Below are positions 33,164-42,941 of a stretch of DNA of 64,000 nt, piece by piece. Below the pieces are notes generated by a model. It was not told the DNA's origin, made no database searches, and saw only the letters and a list, made by a program, of their open reading frames with translations. The stretch lies in assembly GCA_963785235.1 (NCBI GenBank), contig CAWAUM010000001.1, positions 352,001-416,000 on the forward strand, given 5' to 3'. Both the position numbers and the translations under genes were made by a program. The stretch comes from an uncultured delta proteobacterium. GTDB taxonomy: Bacteria; Desulfobacterota; Desulfomonilia; UBA1062. Each line of letters starts with the position of its first letter. Within the stretch, counting starts at the first letter, position 1.

Positions 33164-34435
33164 TCACGGCATGGGAAAAACGGGTTTGAAATCCTTCCTG
33201 GCCAGATAACTCGGCCACACGGTTACCCGCTCCATGGAACCATTGATGTCACGGAACTGCACTACAACAAAACGGGCGTTCTTGTTCTGGCCGGTCTTGT
33301 CGAACTCCACACAGTTATAGCTTGCGACATCGATCCCCTGATTCCCTTTACCCCTGCACAGGTTTGTGTCTGCCAGGGCATCCCTGATCTCTTTCGGGTC
33401 AGTGGATTGTGCGCGTTCCAGGGCATCGGCGATTACATAGACCGAGACAAAGGCATCCACGGTCTCGGCTGTAAGATCAAAGGTGTATCTCTTTTTAAAC
33501 TCTGCATTCAGCGTAGCGATGCCCGGCCTGTTCATGTCCGGCTCCCATGACGATATATCGAAGATATTCCCGCAGTTCTTTCCGGTGCCCTTGATGAACG
33601 CTTGAGACGCATGGCCGCCGCCGGAAGCCATGATGGCCTTTGCGCCCACCTTCATCTGCGCCATGGCGTTTGTAAGAAGGATTGCATCCGGGGTAAAGGA
33701 TGCCATCAGGATTACATCAGGCTTGGCATTCTTGATCTTCATGGCCGTCAAGGTAAGATCGCTTGAGGTGCTTGCATAGGGTTCAGCAAGGACAACCTTG
33801 TACCCGTATTTCTCTGCAGGTTTCACCCACAGGTCTTTCATGGCCTTTCCCCAGCCTCCGTCCTCGTAGACAAAGGCAAGGGTCTTAACCTCAATGTCTG
33901 TGGCATGGCTCATTTCATCAAGAAATTTAAACTGGTCGCGGACCCTCCAGCTGTCTTTTGCTGCAATGCGGAAGGTGAATTTAAGGCCGCGTTCCGTTAT
34001 CGTGTCTCTTACGGAAACCGGGACCACATACGGTATGCCGGCCTTTTCGGCTTTTAAGGTAGTGGGGTAGGTAACCGCAGAGTTCCAGGCCCCTGATATG
34101 ATGTTTACCTTGTCGGTATTGATGAGTACTTCTGCCGCAGTAACCCCAAAAGAGGCTTCACCCCTGCTGTCTGCCCACACATTGACAAGCCTGGCCTTGC
34201 CCAATGATTTAATGCCGCCTGCTGCATTAATGTATTCCGTGGCAAGCTCGCAGGCCTTCTGGTTCTGTATGCCTGCCTGGGCAGTGGGGCCGGTCAGCGG
34301 AAGTATGTACCCGATCTTGACCTCTGAAATCTTCTTGGCCTGGGCCGGAGACCATAATAAGAAAAACAGCGGGAGAATGAGCAGAACAGCCATGATAGGA
34401 AAGATATGGATTTGAAAGAACACCTTCTTGATCAT
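33164..34435 (-). CDS. Branched-chain amino acid-type ABC substrate-binding protein (orphan)
   Basis: Signal peptide, KIGYILPLTG, INAAGGI, ITERGLKFTFR, ADALERA. Confidence 0.88.
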   Translation of the reverse strand: MIKKVFFQIHIFPIMAVLLILPLFFLLWSPAQAKKISEVKIGYILPLTGPTAQAGIQNQKACELATEYINAAGGIKSLGKARLVNVWADSRGEASFGVTAAEVLINTDKVNIISGAWNSAVTYPTTLKAEKAGIPYVVPVSVRDTITERGLKFTFRIAAKDSWRVRDQFKFLDEMSHATDIEVKTLAFVYEDGGWGKAMKDLWVKPAEKYGYKVVLAEPYASTSSDLTLTAMKIKNAKPDVILMASFTPDAILLTNAMAQMKVGAKAIMASGGGHASQAFIKGTGKNCGNIFDISSWEPDMNRPGIATLNAEFKKRYTFDLTAETVDAFVSVYVIADALERAQSTDPKEIRDALADTNLCRGKGNQGIDVASYNCVEFDKTGQNKNARFVVVQFRDINGSMERVTVWPSYLARKDFKPVFPMP

Positions 34436-34548
34436 TCAATTACCTCTGTATGCACTATGTGTTGCAGGAAAGGGTTCAACAACTTAAACCATACATTTGT
34501 TATCAGAAATGCGCAATCGAAGCATGAAAAGTCTCTATTTTTTTTATC

Positions 34549-35454
34549 TTACATCATTCCTGGGGAATGAAAGAGGTAGCGATCCCAGGTCCCAAAGGGC
34601 CCAGAGGAAAGGAGCAGGTACGGCATGATGATGGTGAATCCCAATGAGAATGCAACTTCAAGCGCAGTCTTGTTGGATCCCGGAACCATCATGGAGAGCC
34701 CGGGGCTTGCCTTTCGTGCCAGGGCGATAAAGGCCTTGAGGATATCTTTATATGGCGCATCCGGCAGGACCGCCACCGGCCCGATGCGGCCATCGGCCCA
34801 GATGTAGGCATAGGCTACTGCCCGGCCTTTATAGCGCAGCAGATAACCTGAAGCCTGCCGGTTCTCCTGGAAAAACCGGTGGTGTAATGGTCTGGATATG
34901 CCCAGTACCTCCTCATCAATGAGGCTTAGCTCATTGCACTGACTGGAAGACGTGCCCAGCCCCTCGCTGGATGTACCCGGAGTGGATTCAGGTATGTGCC
35001 CGGCCTTATCCGGATCGAGACGTAAGAGATAAATGTCCTCCAGAGGGTACATGCCATTTTTCATATACAGGGCAATGGATGCAGGGTTGAAGGCCATGGT
35101 GATAACACTGCGAAGGCCGGCATTGAGGCTGGCGCAGTATTCAAGAGCCCTGCCCATCAGGGCCTTTCCGATGCCCTGACCCTGGTAATGGGGCAGGATG
35201 AAAAGGTGTGAGAGAAACCACAGGTGCCCGCGCACCCAGCTGATGGTGGCCCCAACGACCTTGCCTTCATCCTCGGCCACGAAGAAACCGCCCGGCTCTT
35301 CTTGAAGGGCAAAGGCATAGTAGGGATTCAACGGATAAACCTGCCTCTTGTATCCAAATCCATGCGCGTCATAGACATGAAGGACGGATTGCCAATAGAC
35401 ATGGGAAACTCTCTGGATGTCATCAATCCGTGCAGGTCTATAGAGTATGGCCAT
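34549..35454 (-). CDS. GNAT family N-acetyltransferase (two-domain)
   Basis: LFILPHYQGQGIGKAL acetyl-CoA binding motif; RIGP in second domain. Confidence 0.85.
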   Translation of the reverse strand: MAILYRPARIDDIQRVSHVYWQSVLHVYDAHGFGYKRQVYPLNPYYAFALQEEPGGFFVAEDEGKVVGATISWVRGHLWFLSHLFILPHYQGQGIGKALMGRALEYCASLNAGLRSVITMAFNPASIALYMKNGMYPLEDIYLLRLDPDKAGHIPESTPGTSSEGLGTSSSQCNELSLIDEEVLGISRPLHHRFFQENRQASGYLLRYKGRAVAYAYIWADGRIGPVAVLPDAPYKDILKAFIALARKASPGLSMMVPGSNKTALEVAFSLGFTIIMPYLLLSSGPFGTWDRYLFHSPGMM

Positions 35455-35502
35455 GAACCGGTCCTCGTTCGAGGAATTATGAAACGCAAAATAAGGGGTT
35501 AA

Positions 35503-35706
35503 TCATTCCAGCCGTTCATGTGCCTTGCGGCCATACACCTTCTCATATGCCATGCAGAATGGACAGAAGCCCCCTTCAATGTTTTTCACAAAGGAGTAGG
35601 CCAGCCCCTTCTGTTTCCTCCGGGCTGTCCTGCACACCGGGCATGTTGTACACACAGAGGCCAAGGCCCTCATGAACATACCTGCCTGTTTATTCTTCAT
35701 GACCAC
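35503..35706 (-). CDS. Small Cys-rich hypothetical protein
   Basis: CTTCPVC...CPFC pattern, G-rich RBS, co-oriented with neighbours. Confidence 0.7.
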   Translation of the reverse strand: MVMKNKQAGMFMRALASVCTTCPVCRTARRKQKGLAYSFVKNIEGGFCPFCMAYEKVYGRKAHERLE

Positions 35707-35781
35707 CCCCCCATGTAATGGAATTGTTGTTTGCTATTATATTCATCCTGGTGGATGCGGCAAGCTCATTCAGGTTTATTC

Positions 35782-37446
35782 CTATGAATGCCCCTCTTTC
35801 AGGGCCAAAAGATTCCGATCCAGGAGCCATGCATAGGCGGCAAGGGCGGCCTTGGCCCCGGCTCCGGCAGCAATGACAATCTGCTTTTCCGTCTCATCCG
35901 TGACGTCACCGGCTGCATAAAAACCCGGTATGGAGGTGGACTGATCGCGATTGACCACGATCTCGCCTTTGTCATTGAGCTTCACCAGGTCCTTGACCGG
36001 CGACGAGTTGGGCAGAAGCCCGATCTCAAGGAAGACGCCGTCCACGTTCAGGTCAAGCCGATCCGTCCCTTCCACCGCCTCCAGGCGGACACCCGTAAGC
36101 CTCTCCTTGCCGAGAAACTCCACGACCCGCATGCCGCCATGCAGGGTGACATGCCGGGCCTTGTTCACCGTTTCAAAGAGCACTGCGTCCGCCTGGAAAT
36201 TTTTCAAGACATTGACGACATGGATCTCCTTGGCATAACCGAGCAGGTCCCTGGCTGCCGTGAAAGCGGAGTTTCCCCCGCCGATGACAGCCACGCTCCT
36301 GTCGCGGAACAGAGGTGCATCGCAGGTTGCGCAGAACGCAATGCCGCGGCCCAGAAAACGTGCCTCGCCGGGCACCCCCAGGGTGCGGTATTCCTTGCCG
36401 GCGCAGTAGATGACCACCCTTGACCGGTAAGTTTGGCCTGAAGCCGTATTCACCTGGAACAATGAATCATTCCAGGTAATGGAGGTCACCTTTTCGCCCA
36501 TCTGCTCGGCAACGGCATAGCGTTCCGCGTGGGCACGGAATATGGCCGTGAGGTCCATGCCGCTCATGCTCGGGATGCCGAGCCAGTTCTCGATGCCGGC
36601 GGTGTTGGTGATCTGCCCCCCGAAGGCCTCGCCTACCAGAGCAACTTCCAGGTTCTTTCTGATGGCATAGATGGCCGCCGACAGGGCCGCCGGACCTGCG
36701 CCCACGATGATGACATCATAGGTGCGTTCGGTCGATGCAGCCACAGCCAGACGCTCGCCTGCGGCCTCACGCATCTGGGCGTCGATCTGCTCGTATTCCT
36801 TGGGCTTGACCACCTTCAGGATCTGAAGTATCGCCTGGAGGGGTGGCAGCGCCCCCTCGAAGGATGCGCCCTCGTTGATGACCGTCCTGGGCACCCCGCT
36901 CACCTCATAGCGCTGCACAAGCTGGGGGAACTGGGAGGATTCGACCATGTCGGCGCGGATGTTTTCGTTTGCAACGGCCATCTGGTGGGCCACGTGCACC
37001 ATTTTGGGGCAGTAGGGGCAGGTGAGCGTCACCATGACCTCCAGGTGCACCGGGACATCGATGACATGAAGGAGGTGCTCCATCTCATGAGGCAGTCCTG
37101 ACTGACCGGCTGATACCATAAGCACGGCCTCGACGAGCGAACCGAACTCATAGCCCATGGTCATGCCGAAGAAGCGTATGCCATAGTCCTTCTCACCCAT
37201 AAGGACCGTTGCCGGGACCTTGTCGACCCCATAGGTGCGGGCAAGCTCGGCATCAGCCATAAGGTCTTTGATTTCCAGCGTGATCTTGTCCGAGAGTGCG
37301 GCAAATTCCGTCAGCAGGTTCTCCTGCTCACGGCACGCCACGCAGGGGTGCTCCTGGGTGAAGAAAACAAGCTTCACAGGCGCATTGAGGTGTTTCAAGA
37401 CAGGCAGGAGTTCTTTCTTTGTCTTGGCGTCGATGAGATCGGGCAT
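35782..37446 (-). CDS. Protein-disulfide oxidoreductase/thioredoxin reductase fusion (AhpF-like)
   Basis: N-terminal CVAC and CPYC thioredoxin folds; GAGPAA, CATCD, GGGNSA, AAGDVT. Confidence 0.9.
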   Translation of the reverse strand: MPDLIDAKTKKELLPVLKHLNAPVKLVFFTQEHPCVACREQENLLTEFAALSDKITLEIKDLMADAELARTYGVDKVPATVLMGEKDYGIRFFGMTMGYEFGSLVEAVLMVSAGQSGLPHEMEHLLHVIDVPVHLEVMVTLTCPYCPKMVHVAHQMAVANENIRADMVESSQFPQLVQRYEVSGVPRTVINEGASFEGALPPLQAILQILKVVKPKEYEQIDAQMREAAGERLAVAASTERTYDVIIVGAGPAALSAAIYAIRKNLEVALVGEAFGGQITNTAGIENWLGIPSMSGMDLTAIFRAHAERYAVAEQMGEKVTSITWNDSLFQVNTASGQTYRSRVVIYCAGKEYRTLGVPGEARFLGRGIAFCATCDAPLFRDRSVAVIGGGNSAFTAARDLLGYAKEIHVVNVLKNFQADAVLFETVNKARHVTLHGGMRVVEFLGKERLTGVRLEAVEGTDRLDLNVDGVFLEIGLLPNSSPVKDLVKLNDKGEIVVNRDQSTSIPGFYAAGDVTDETEKQIVIAAGAGAKAALAAYAWLLDRNLLALKEGHS

Positions 37447-37700
37447 AACATCCTCCTAAGAGCTGGGCGCATGGAGAAACGGCATCATCTTCAGTATTCT
37501 AATACGTGGCGTGTATGATTTCAACCGGTCGAGGGAAATGTATGCAGTTTCATTCAAACGGGACGTCGTTTCATCTATAACATTCGTTTTATGGACGTGC
37601 CCATTGATGTTCAGCACCTTGATCCTTTGAAGATCATCGATATTGTATTATACAAGATAGAAGCAATGATGGCCTGATGAATAATGGAGTCTTATAAAAA

Positions 37701-38024
37701 ATGGATCAAATAAACCAAATGAAAATTTCAGAATGGCTGGATAAGAAGGCGGCAGAAGGCATTGATGTATCTCAAATTGTATTGCCGGATGAACTATCTT
37801 ATGACGAGGCCCCCGGCGAAACCATTTATTTCAGGGAGAAGCGGCCTTGCGGTATCCTCTGCATAGGCAATCATCCATTTTCTACTGTGGAGCGATTTGG
37901 ACATTGGTATTATTGCAAAGGTCAGGACAAGCAAGCCGGTATACACTCATCTGAAATGAAATGGTGGCTGTTTACAAGGGATAAAGATCTCGCTGTCAGA
38001 ACAGCTAAATCACACATAGAATAA
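37701..38024 (+). CDS. Hypothetical protein
   Basis: 107 aa ORF with GGAG RBS; no recognised motif. Confidence 0.6.
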   Translation: MDQINQMKISEWLDKKAAEGIDVSQIVLPDELSYDEAPGETIYFREKRPCGILCIGNHPFSTVERFGHWYYCKGQDKQAGIHSSEMKWWLFTRDKDLAVRTAKSHIE

Positions 38025-38199
38025 TATGATCTGACCAAATGTGATGATCTCTTCTGCAGAGTATCGGTTTTCGGGCATTTCAAAACCGATGAGTTTCGCA
38101 TGTTATCTATGGTTTTCCATGCCCCGCTTTTTCGATGATTATCAGAATAAATCTAGGCTCTGGAATAACCATTGGTCTGAACGAACCCTATCATTGCTA

Positions 38200-38469
38200 T
38201 CAGGCAAACAAGTCTGCATGTGTCCCTGTCCGCTCAAAGAAAATCCGGTCTCCTTCTATTTTGTAAATGAGTAACCAATCAGGCTCGATGTGACATTCCC
38301 ACCTGTATTGGTAGTTCCCTCTGAGCTTATGATTCCTATAACGGGGATTCAGATTTTCTTGATTGATCAGGGCTCTTAGCACTTCTTTGATCTTGCCGAG
38401 ATCGTTCCCTCTTTTCTTTGCCCTGGTAAGGTCCTTCTCAAATTTTTTCGTGTAAACAGGTGTGAGCAT
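38200..38469 (-). CDS. yafQ: Type II toxin, YafQ family mRNA interferase
   Basis: HKLRG...ECHIEPDWLLIY...RTGTHADLF. Confidence 0.93.
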   Translation of the reverse strand: MLTPVYTKKFEKDLTRAKKRGNDLGKIKEVLRALINQENLNPRYRNHKLRGNYQYRWECHIEPDWLLIYKIEGDRIFFERTGTHADLFA

Positions 38470-38727
38470 TTAAAGGCCTAGTTTTTTGAACATATCATCT
38501 GCATCTCTGCATTCAACAAGATTTTTGCCTTCATCAGTTTCTTGAAAGACCTTCTGAGTCTCCTCATTGGGAATCATCACATCAAAGGGGAGTCCCCTCC
38601 TTAAAGATATCTGGTGGAAGAACAAGCTGATAGCCTGGGTGGTGTTGAGGCCTAAATGGTTCAATATATCCTCTACGTCCTTCTTGAGCCTACTATCTAT
38701 CCTTGCTCGCACTGATGAATCCTTCAT
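38470..38727 (-). CDS. dinJ: RelB/DinJ family antitoxin
   Basis: VRARID..LK, GL..TQAI.LF..QI....GLPFDV..PNEET; directly upstream of yafQ. Confidence 0.92.
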   Translation of the reverse strand: MKDSSVRARIDSRLKKDVEDILNHLGLNTTQAISLFFHQISLRRGLPFDVMIPNEETQKVFQETDEGKNLVECRDADDMFKKLGL

Positions 38728-38745
38728 AAAATACCTCTAAACATA

Positions 38746-38774
38746 TTTGTAGTCCTGATGTGCTACATTGTCAA
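38746..38774 (-). promoter_or_regulatory. Sigma70 promoter with overlapping palindromic operator of dinJ-yafQ
   Basis: Minus strand TTGACA-17nt-TACAAA overlapped by inverted repeat TGTAG-N10-CTACA. Confidence 0.6.
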
Positions 38775-38840
38775 GGGCCTTAATCCCTCAGAAATGAGAA
38801 ACCTGCATATAATGATTTACCTGCTCTTCATCACATCAAT

Positions 38841-39328
38841 AGCGTGTTGACCGTTATGTAGCGCTTTCAGTGGGCCATCCTACGGCCTTCAAAAAGGCAG
38901 GTATCGAGCAGAAGCTGCGTTCCTGGTATGCATATGCATTTGTGCCTCCTGTCATTCCTGAAATCGTTATGAGGTCCTTCAACTGGCTGCTCATGCGTAT
39001 ACTTACGAAGAACCATCCAGAGATGGATCGATGGATCGAGGAAGAGTCGCGACCCGGAAGACTCACAGCCGGCATGAATTGGTACCGTGCAAACTTTCTT
39101 CGCATGTTATTCGGCAGCACCAAGCACGCCAAGGTACCTGCGTTGGGCATATGGAGCAGCGGTGATATTTTTCTGTCTGAGCGGCAGATGAAACTCAGCA
39201 AACTCTACGTTGATGGTCCCTGGCGATATGAGCGCATCGAGAACTCCGGTCACTGGATCCAGTTGGATGCACCGGAGCCCTTGAACAAGCTGCTGATCGA
39301 GTATCTCTATCAGTCCATGGGGCGATAG
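38841..39328 (+). pseudogene. 5'-truncated alpha/beta hydrolase (epoxide hydrolase-like)
   Basis: Reads RVDRYVALSVGHP...MNWYRAN...GHWIQLDAPE; the N-terminal half with the nucleophile is absent. Confidence 0.75.
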
Positions 39329-39499
39329 CACCTATGAAGGCAACATACGAATAGGTGCCATTCATATTTTTTATATGTAAGATCAAGTCCTAGCTAACAC
39401 AGTTTAAATTATAAATTTTAGTATTTCACGGACACACCCAAGTTCCCCTATTGCTGCTTATTTATGGGCGTCCGTGTTGGTCCACAAATGGTAAGCCGC

Positions 39500-40588
39500 C
39501 TACTTATCCACCATATAGTGATAAACCTTCCCGTATTTCTGATCAATCGCCAGATCTACGCTCTTATGAGTATTGTTGTATACGGCACTCCAAGAGGTAT
39601 TACATACCATACCGGTTTTCGGATGTGTTACGTTATGCATCCGGGCTTTCTCCAACAAGCTCATGCCGTCCCGGGTTGTCATTACTCCGTTCTTTTCTTT
39701 CAAGCTGTTCATTAGTATCTGGTACCGGTCCTGTCCGTTTCCGAAATTAAACTTCTTTCCTGGAGTCAGATAAAAGTTGGTGGCGGCCTGGTATTTTCCG
39801 TCCGGTTTCAAGACATGCATTTCATTATCTACGTACTCAACAATGACGCTGTTGCCAGCCGCATCGGCTATCTGATAGTGGTAGCAGCTATTGGCCGAAC
39901 TATGCATATCATATTTTTTCAGCATGGTGACCGCTTCATCTACGGTTGCTGCCTTATCCAGCAGCATGCGAATGGCTGTGGTACTGGTAATCTTCACCTT
40001 ACCAGTTTCCTGCCAGGTGGGCTTGTCAAAAATCTGAAGTATGCCGACCGCCAGTCCTTTTTCATTTATACCGTCCAAAGGTAGATAGGGGGCGGACATG
40101 ACCAAGACCTTATTCCATAACGCATCCAGTGTATTACCACCATCCTTGTAGCCATCGATAAAAGCCAGGTTGACCATTGAGATGCTCCTGTAACCGTTCT
40201 CCGGTTTTGTATATACCAGCATATCTATCGCTTTATAATCGAAGTTTCTTCCAAAAATATAGTCTCCATCAGGTGTTGCGGCATTAAAAGTACTACAGCT
40301 CAAATCCGGCGGTTTAACCTTAATAGAAAGCCCCTTCAGGATCTGCTTGGACACAAATTCAACCAGCTTAGCGTCATTACTGGCTCCGACCTTGAGAAAA
40401 TCGTCAAAGCCGTAGTCACCATAATATTTCACTGTATAGAAGTGGTTATCGACCTTATTAATGCTACTGGCCGTCTTAATCTCATTGCGAAATACAAATC
40501 CTATTGCGGCTGCCAAGATAACCAGCACAACCAAGATGCATATCAACGTTTTCTTAACAAATCCCTTTTGTTTTCCCAATGTACTCAT
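39500..40588 (-). CDS. Ntn-hydrolase (choloylglycine hydrolase / acid ceramidase / C45-like), membrane anchored
   Basis: N-terminal TM, CSTF nucleophile site, GRNFD, DGINEKGL, ATNF. Confidence 0.85.
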   Translation of the reverse strand: MSTLGKQKGFVKKTLICILVVLVILAAAIGFVFRNEIKTASSINKVDNHFYTVKYYGDYGFDDFLKVGASNDAKLVEFVSKQILKGLSIKVKPPDLSCSTFNAATPDGDYIFGRNFDYKAIDMLVYTKPENGYRSISMVNLAFIDGYKDGGNTLDALWNKVLVMSAPYLPLDGINEKGLAVGILQIFDKPTWQETGKVKITSTTAIRMLLDKAATVDEAVTMLKKYDMHSSANSCYHYQIADAAGNSVIVEYVDNEMHVLKPDGKYQAATNFYLTPGKKFNFGNGQDRYQILMNSLKEKNGVMTTRDGMSLLEKARMHNVTHPKTGMVCNTSWSAVYNNTHKSVDLAIDQKYGKVYHYMVDK

Positions 40589-41013
40589 ATATTGTACCCC
40601 CTCGTTATCTCTAGTTTACGTCCTCATTCTATGATTGATAATTTGATAAGAATTTACGCATTTTCTCATCAACCTTATGATTTCTCCTGAAAACTTCATT
40701 TTATCTTAATGCTATCTTTGGGTTACAGACAACGATTTTTTAGCTTCTTCCATGAATAACCGGGGCATCGTCTGGGTCAGGGTTGCAATATAGTTTGTTA
40801 CTGAGAGCAATTATCTCCATGAGATAGTTTTACTTTCTGACAGAAATCTTACATTACTGATCTTGGCAGAAACCTACACTTTCCCTTGCCTAGCTTTGTC
40901 GATGATTATGAAAAGTAACCTGTGCTCTGGAGCAAGCTTTGGCCATATAACAAGATCTATGATCACAGGTAATTGGACTTAGTAATAGATTAGGACATCA
41001 TTTCGTAAAAATC

Positions 41014-41060
41014 TTGACAAGTTAGCTGATGTAATTATTATAAAGGATAATAACGGTCCT
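41014..41060 (+). promoter_or_regulatory. Sigma70 promoter and candidate Rrf2 operator of rrf2-cydAB
   Basis: TTGACA-16nt-TATTAT followed by imperfect palindrome AGGAT-AATAACG-GTCCT. Confidence 0.5.
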
Positions 41061-41075
41061 ATTAAGGGGCATTGC

Positions 41076-41483
41076 ATGATGGAGCTTACAAGAAAGGCCG
41101 AGTATGCTGTGCGGGGTATGCTCTATCTAGGAAAGCACCAAGAAGGCCAATTAGCAATGCTCGGTGATATTGCAGATGCCATGGATGCCCCCCGGACATT
41201 CCTGGCCAAAATATTTCAGGATCTTGCGAAAAAAGGACTAGTTAAGTCCAGTAAGGGGATCAGGGGCGGATTCGTCCTGGCAAGACCGCCTGAGAAGATT
41301 ACGCTTTGCGAGATCGTTGAGGCTATAGAAGGCCCTATCATGCCGAACAAATGTCTCATTGGTGAAGGTATGTGCTCCTTTCAAAAAACATGCACGGTCC
41401 ATCCCGTGTGGAGGAGACTCCAGACAGTTACCAGGGGCATCTTGGAAGAAGTCACTTTAAAGACATTAAGTGTTGGAAGGTAG
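41076..41483 (+). CDS. Rrf2 family transcriptional regulator (three Cys, likely Fe-S)
   Basis: EYAVR, FLAKIFQDL, GIRGGF.LAR, AIEG, C-x6-C-x5-C-x2-H. Confidence 0.92.
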   Translation: MMELTRKAEYAVRGMLYLGKHQEGQLAMLGDIADAMDAPRTFLAKIFQDLAKKGLVKSSKGIRGGFVLARPPEKITLCEIVEAIEGPIMPNKCLIGEGMCSFQKTCTVHPVWRRLQTVTRGILEEVTLKTLSVGR

Positions 41484-41566
41484 TTTTTTAAAGAACAGGG
41501 ATTATTCTGAACTGAAGAAGACCCAGTAACGGACGCTGTCCGAAATATACCTGGTGGGAGGTCTGC

Positions 41567-42940
41567 ATGGATGTATTGATGCTGAGCAGGCTACAGTTTG
41601 CCATTACGAGTATGTTTCACTTCATCTTTGTACCACTGACCCTGGGGCTTTCCGTACTCGTGGCATGGATGGAATGGCGCTTTGTTAAGACTCAGGACGA
41701 GACATGGCTGAGGATGGCACGGTTCTGGGGGAAACTCTTTCTCATCAATTTTGCCCTGGGTATCGTCACGGGCATCACTCTTGAGTTCCAGTTCGGTATG
41801 AACTGGGCCGAATACTCCAAGTATGTGGGCGACATATTTGGTGCCCCATTGGCCGTGGAGGCTACGCTGGCCTTCTTCCTTGAGTCAGTGTTTATCGGGG
41901 TGTGGATCTTCGGCTGGGACAAGGTATCCCAAAGGACCCATGCCTGGGCCATTACCATAGTGGCTTTTGCCACCAATCTCTCGGCCCTGTGGATCCTGCT
42001 GGCCAACGGCTGGATGCAGAACCCGGTAGGTTCAAAGATAGTAGAAATATCAGGGAACCCCCTCATATCAAGGCGTGCGGAAATGGCAGACTTCATGGCC
42101 GTTGTGGCAAATCCCTACGGCTGGATTAAGTTTTTCCACACCGTCCTATCCGGGTACACTCTGGCTGCCTTTTTTGTCACCGGTGTTGCGGCATGGCACC
42201 TGCTCAGGAAAAATGAGGTGGACCTCTTCAAACGGTCTTTTAAGGCAGCCGCGATCTTCGGGCTTGTTTCTGGGATACTCGTGATGTTTACCGGAGACTT
42301 CCATGCTGTTGAGATAGCCAAGGTGCAGCCTTCAAAGCTCGCTGCCCTTGAGGCCGTCTGGGAAACACAGAAAGGTGCGGGGTTGAGTCTGATCGTGGTG
42401 CCGGACAGCGATAACGAGAGAAACGCCGTTGAGATCCTCACTATCCCCAAGCTGACGAGCCTGCTCGCATACCATAATCCTGATGCCGAGGTCAAAGGTC
42501 TCAAGGACATACCCAAAGACCTGAGGCCCCCGGTAGGGCTTACCTTCTACAGCTTCCGCATCATGGTGGCCCTGGGCATGTTGATGTTCCTGCTCTCCAT
42601 CATGGCCGTCTATCTCTCGGTTAAGGACAAACTGGAATCCTTTCCGCTGTTTCTCAAGGTCATGCTCTTGGCGATAGCCCTGCCGTATATCGGCGTACAG
42701 TTGGGGTGGATCGTTGCAGAGGTGGGCAGGCAGCCCTGGATAGTCTATGGGTTGCTCAAGACCTCGGATGCGGTGTCCAGATCCATCACAGTTTCTCAAG
42801 TAGCCATATCTCTTATAGCCTTTACCGCTGTGTACACACTTCTTGGTATCGTTGATGTGTATCTCCTCACAAAATATGCAAAGCAGGGTCCGGAAAAGGG
42901 TAATCAAGGGATTATGACGGCCAGGATAAAGGAGGTATAA
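41567..42940 (+). CDS. cydA: Cytochrome bd ubiquinol oxidase subunit I
   Basis: RLQFA...FHFIFVP, EFQFG, QPSKLAALE, EVGRQPW. Confidence 0.97.
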   Translation: MDVLMLSRLQFAITSMFHFIFVPLTLGLSVLVAWMEWRFVKTQDETWLRMARFWGKLFLINFALGIVTGITLEFQFGMNWAEYSKYVGDIFGAPLAVEATLAFFLESVFIGVWIFGWDKVSQRTHAWAITIVAFATNLSALWILLANGWMQNPVGSKIVEISGNPLISRRAEMADFMAVVANPYGWIKFFHTVLSGYTLAAFFVTGVAAWHLLRKNEVDLFKRSFKAAAIFGLVSGILVMFTGDFHAVEIAKVQPSKLAALEAVWETQKGAGLSLIVVPDSDNERNAVEILTIPKLTSLLAYHNPDAEVKGLKDIPKDLRPPVGLTFYSFRIMVALGMLMFLLSIMAVYLSVKDKLESFPLFLKVMLLAIALPYIGVQLGWIVAEVGRQPWIVYGLLKTSDAVSRSITVSQVAISLIAFTAVYTLLGIVDVYLLTKYAKQGPEKGNQGIMTARIKEV

Positions 42941-42941
42941 C

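Noticed and set aside
35782-37446. Selenocysteine recoding in the redox genes
   Set aside because: All CxxC motifs use Cys codons and no in-frame TGA at a catalytic position was seen
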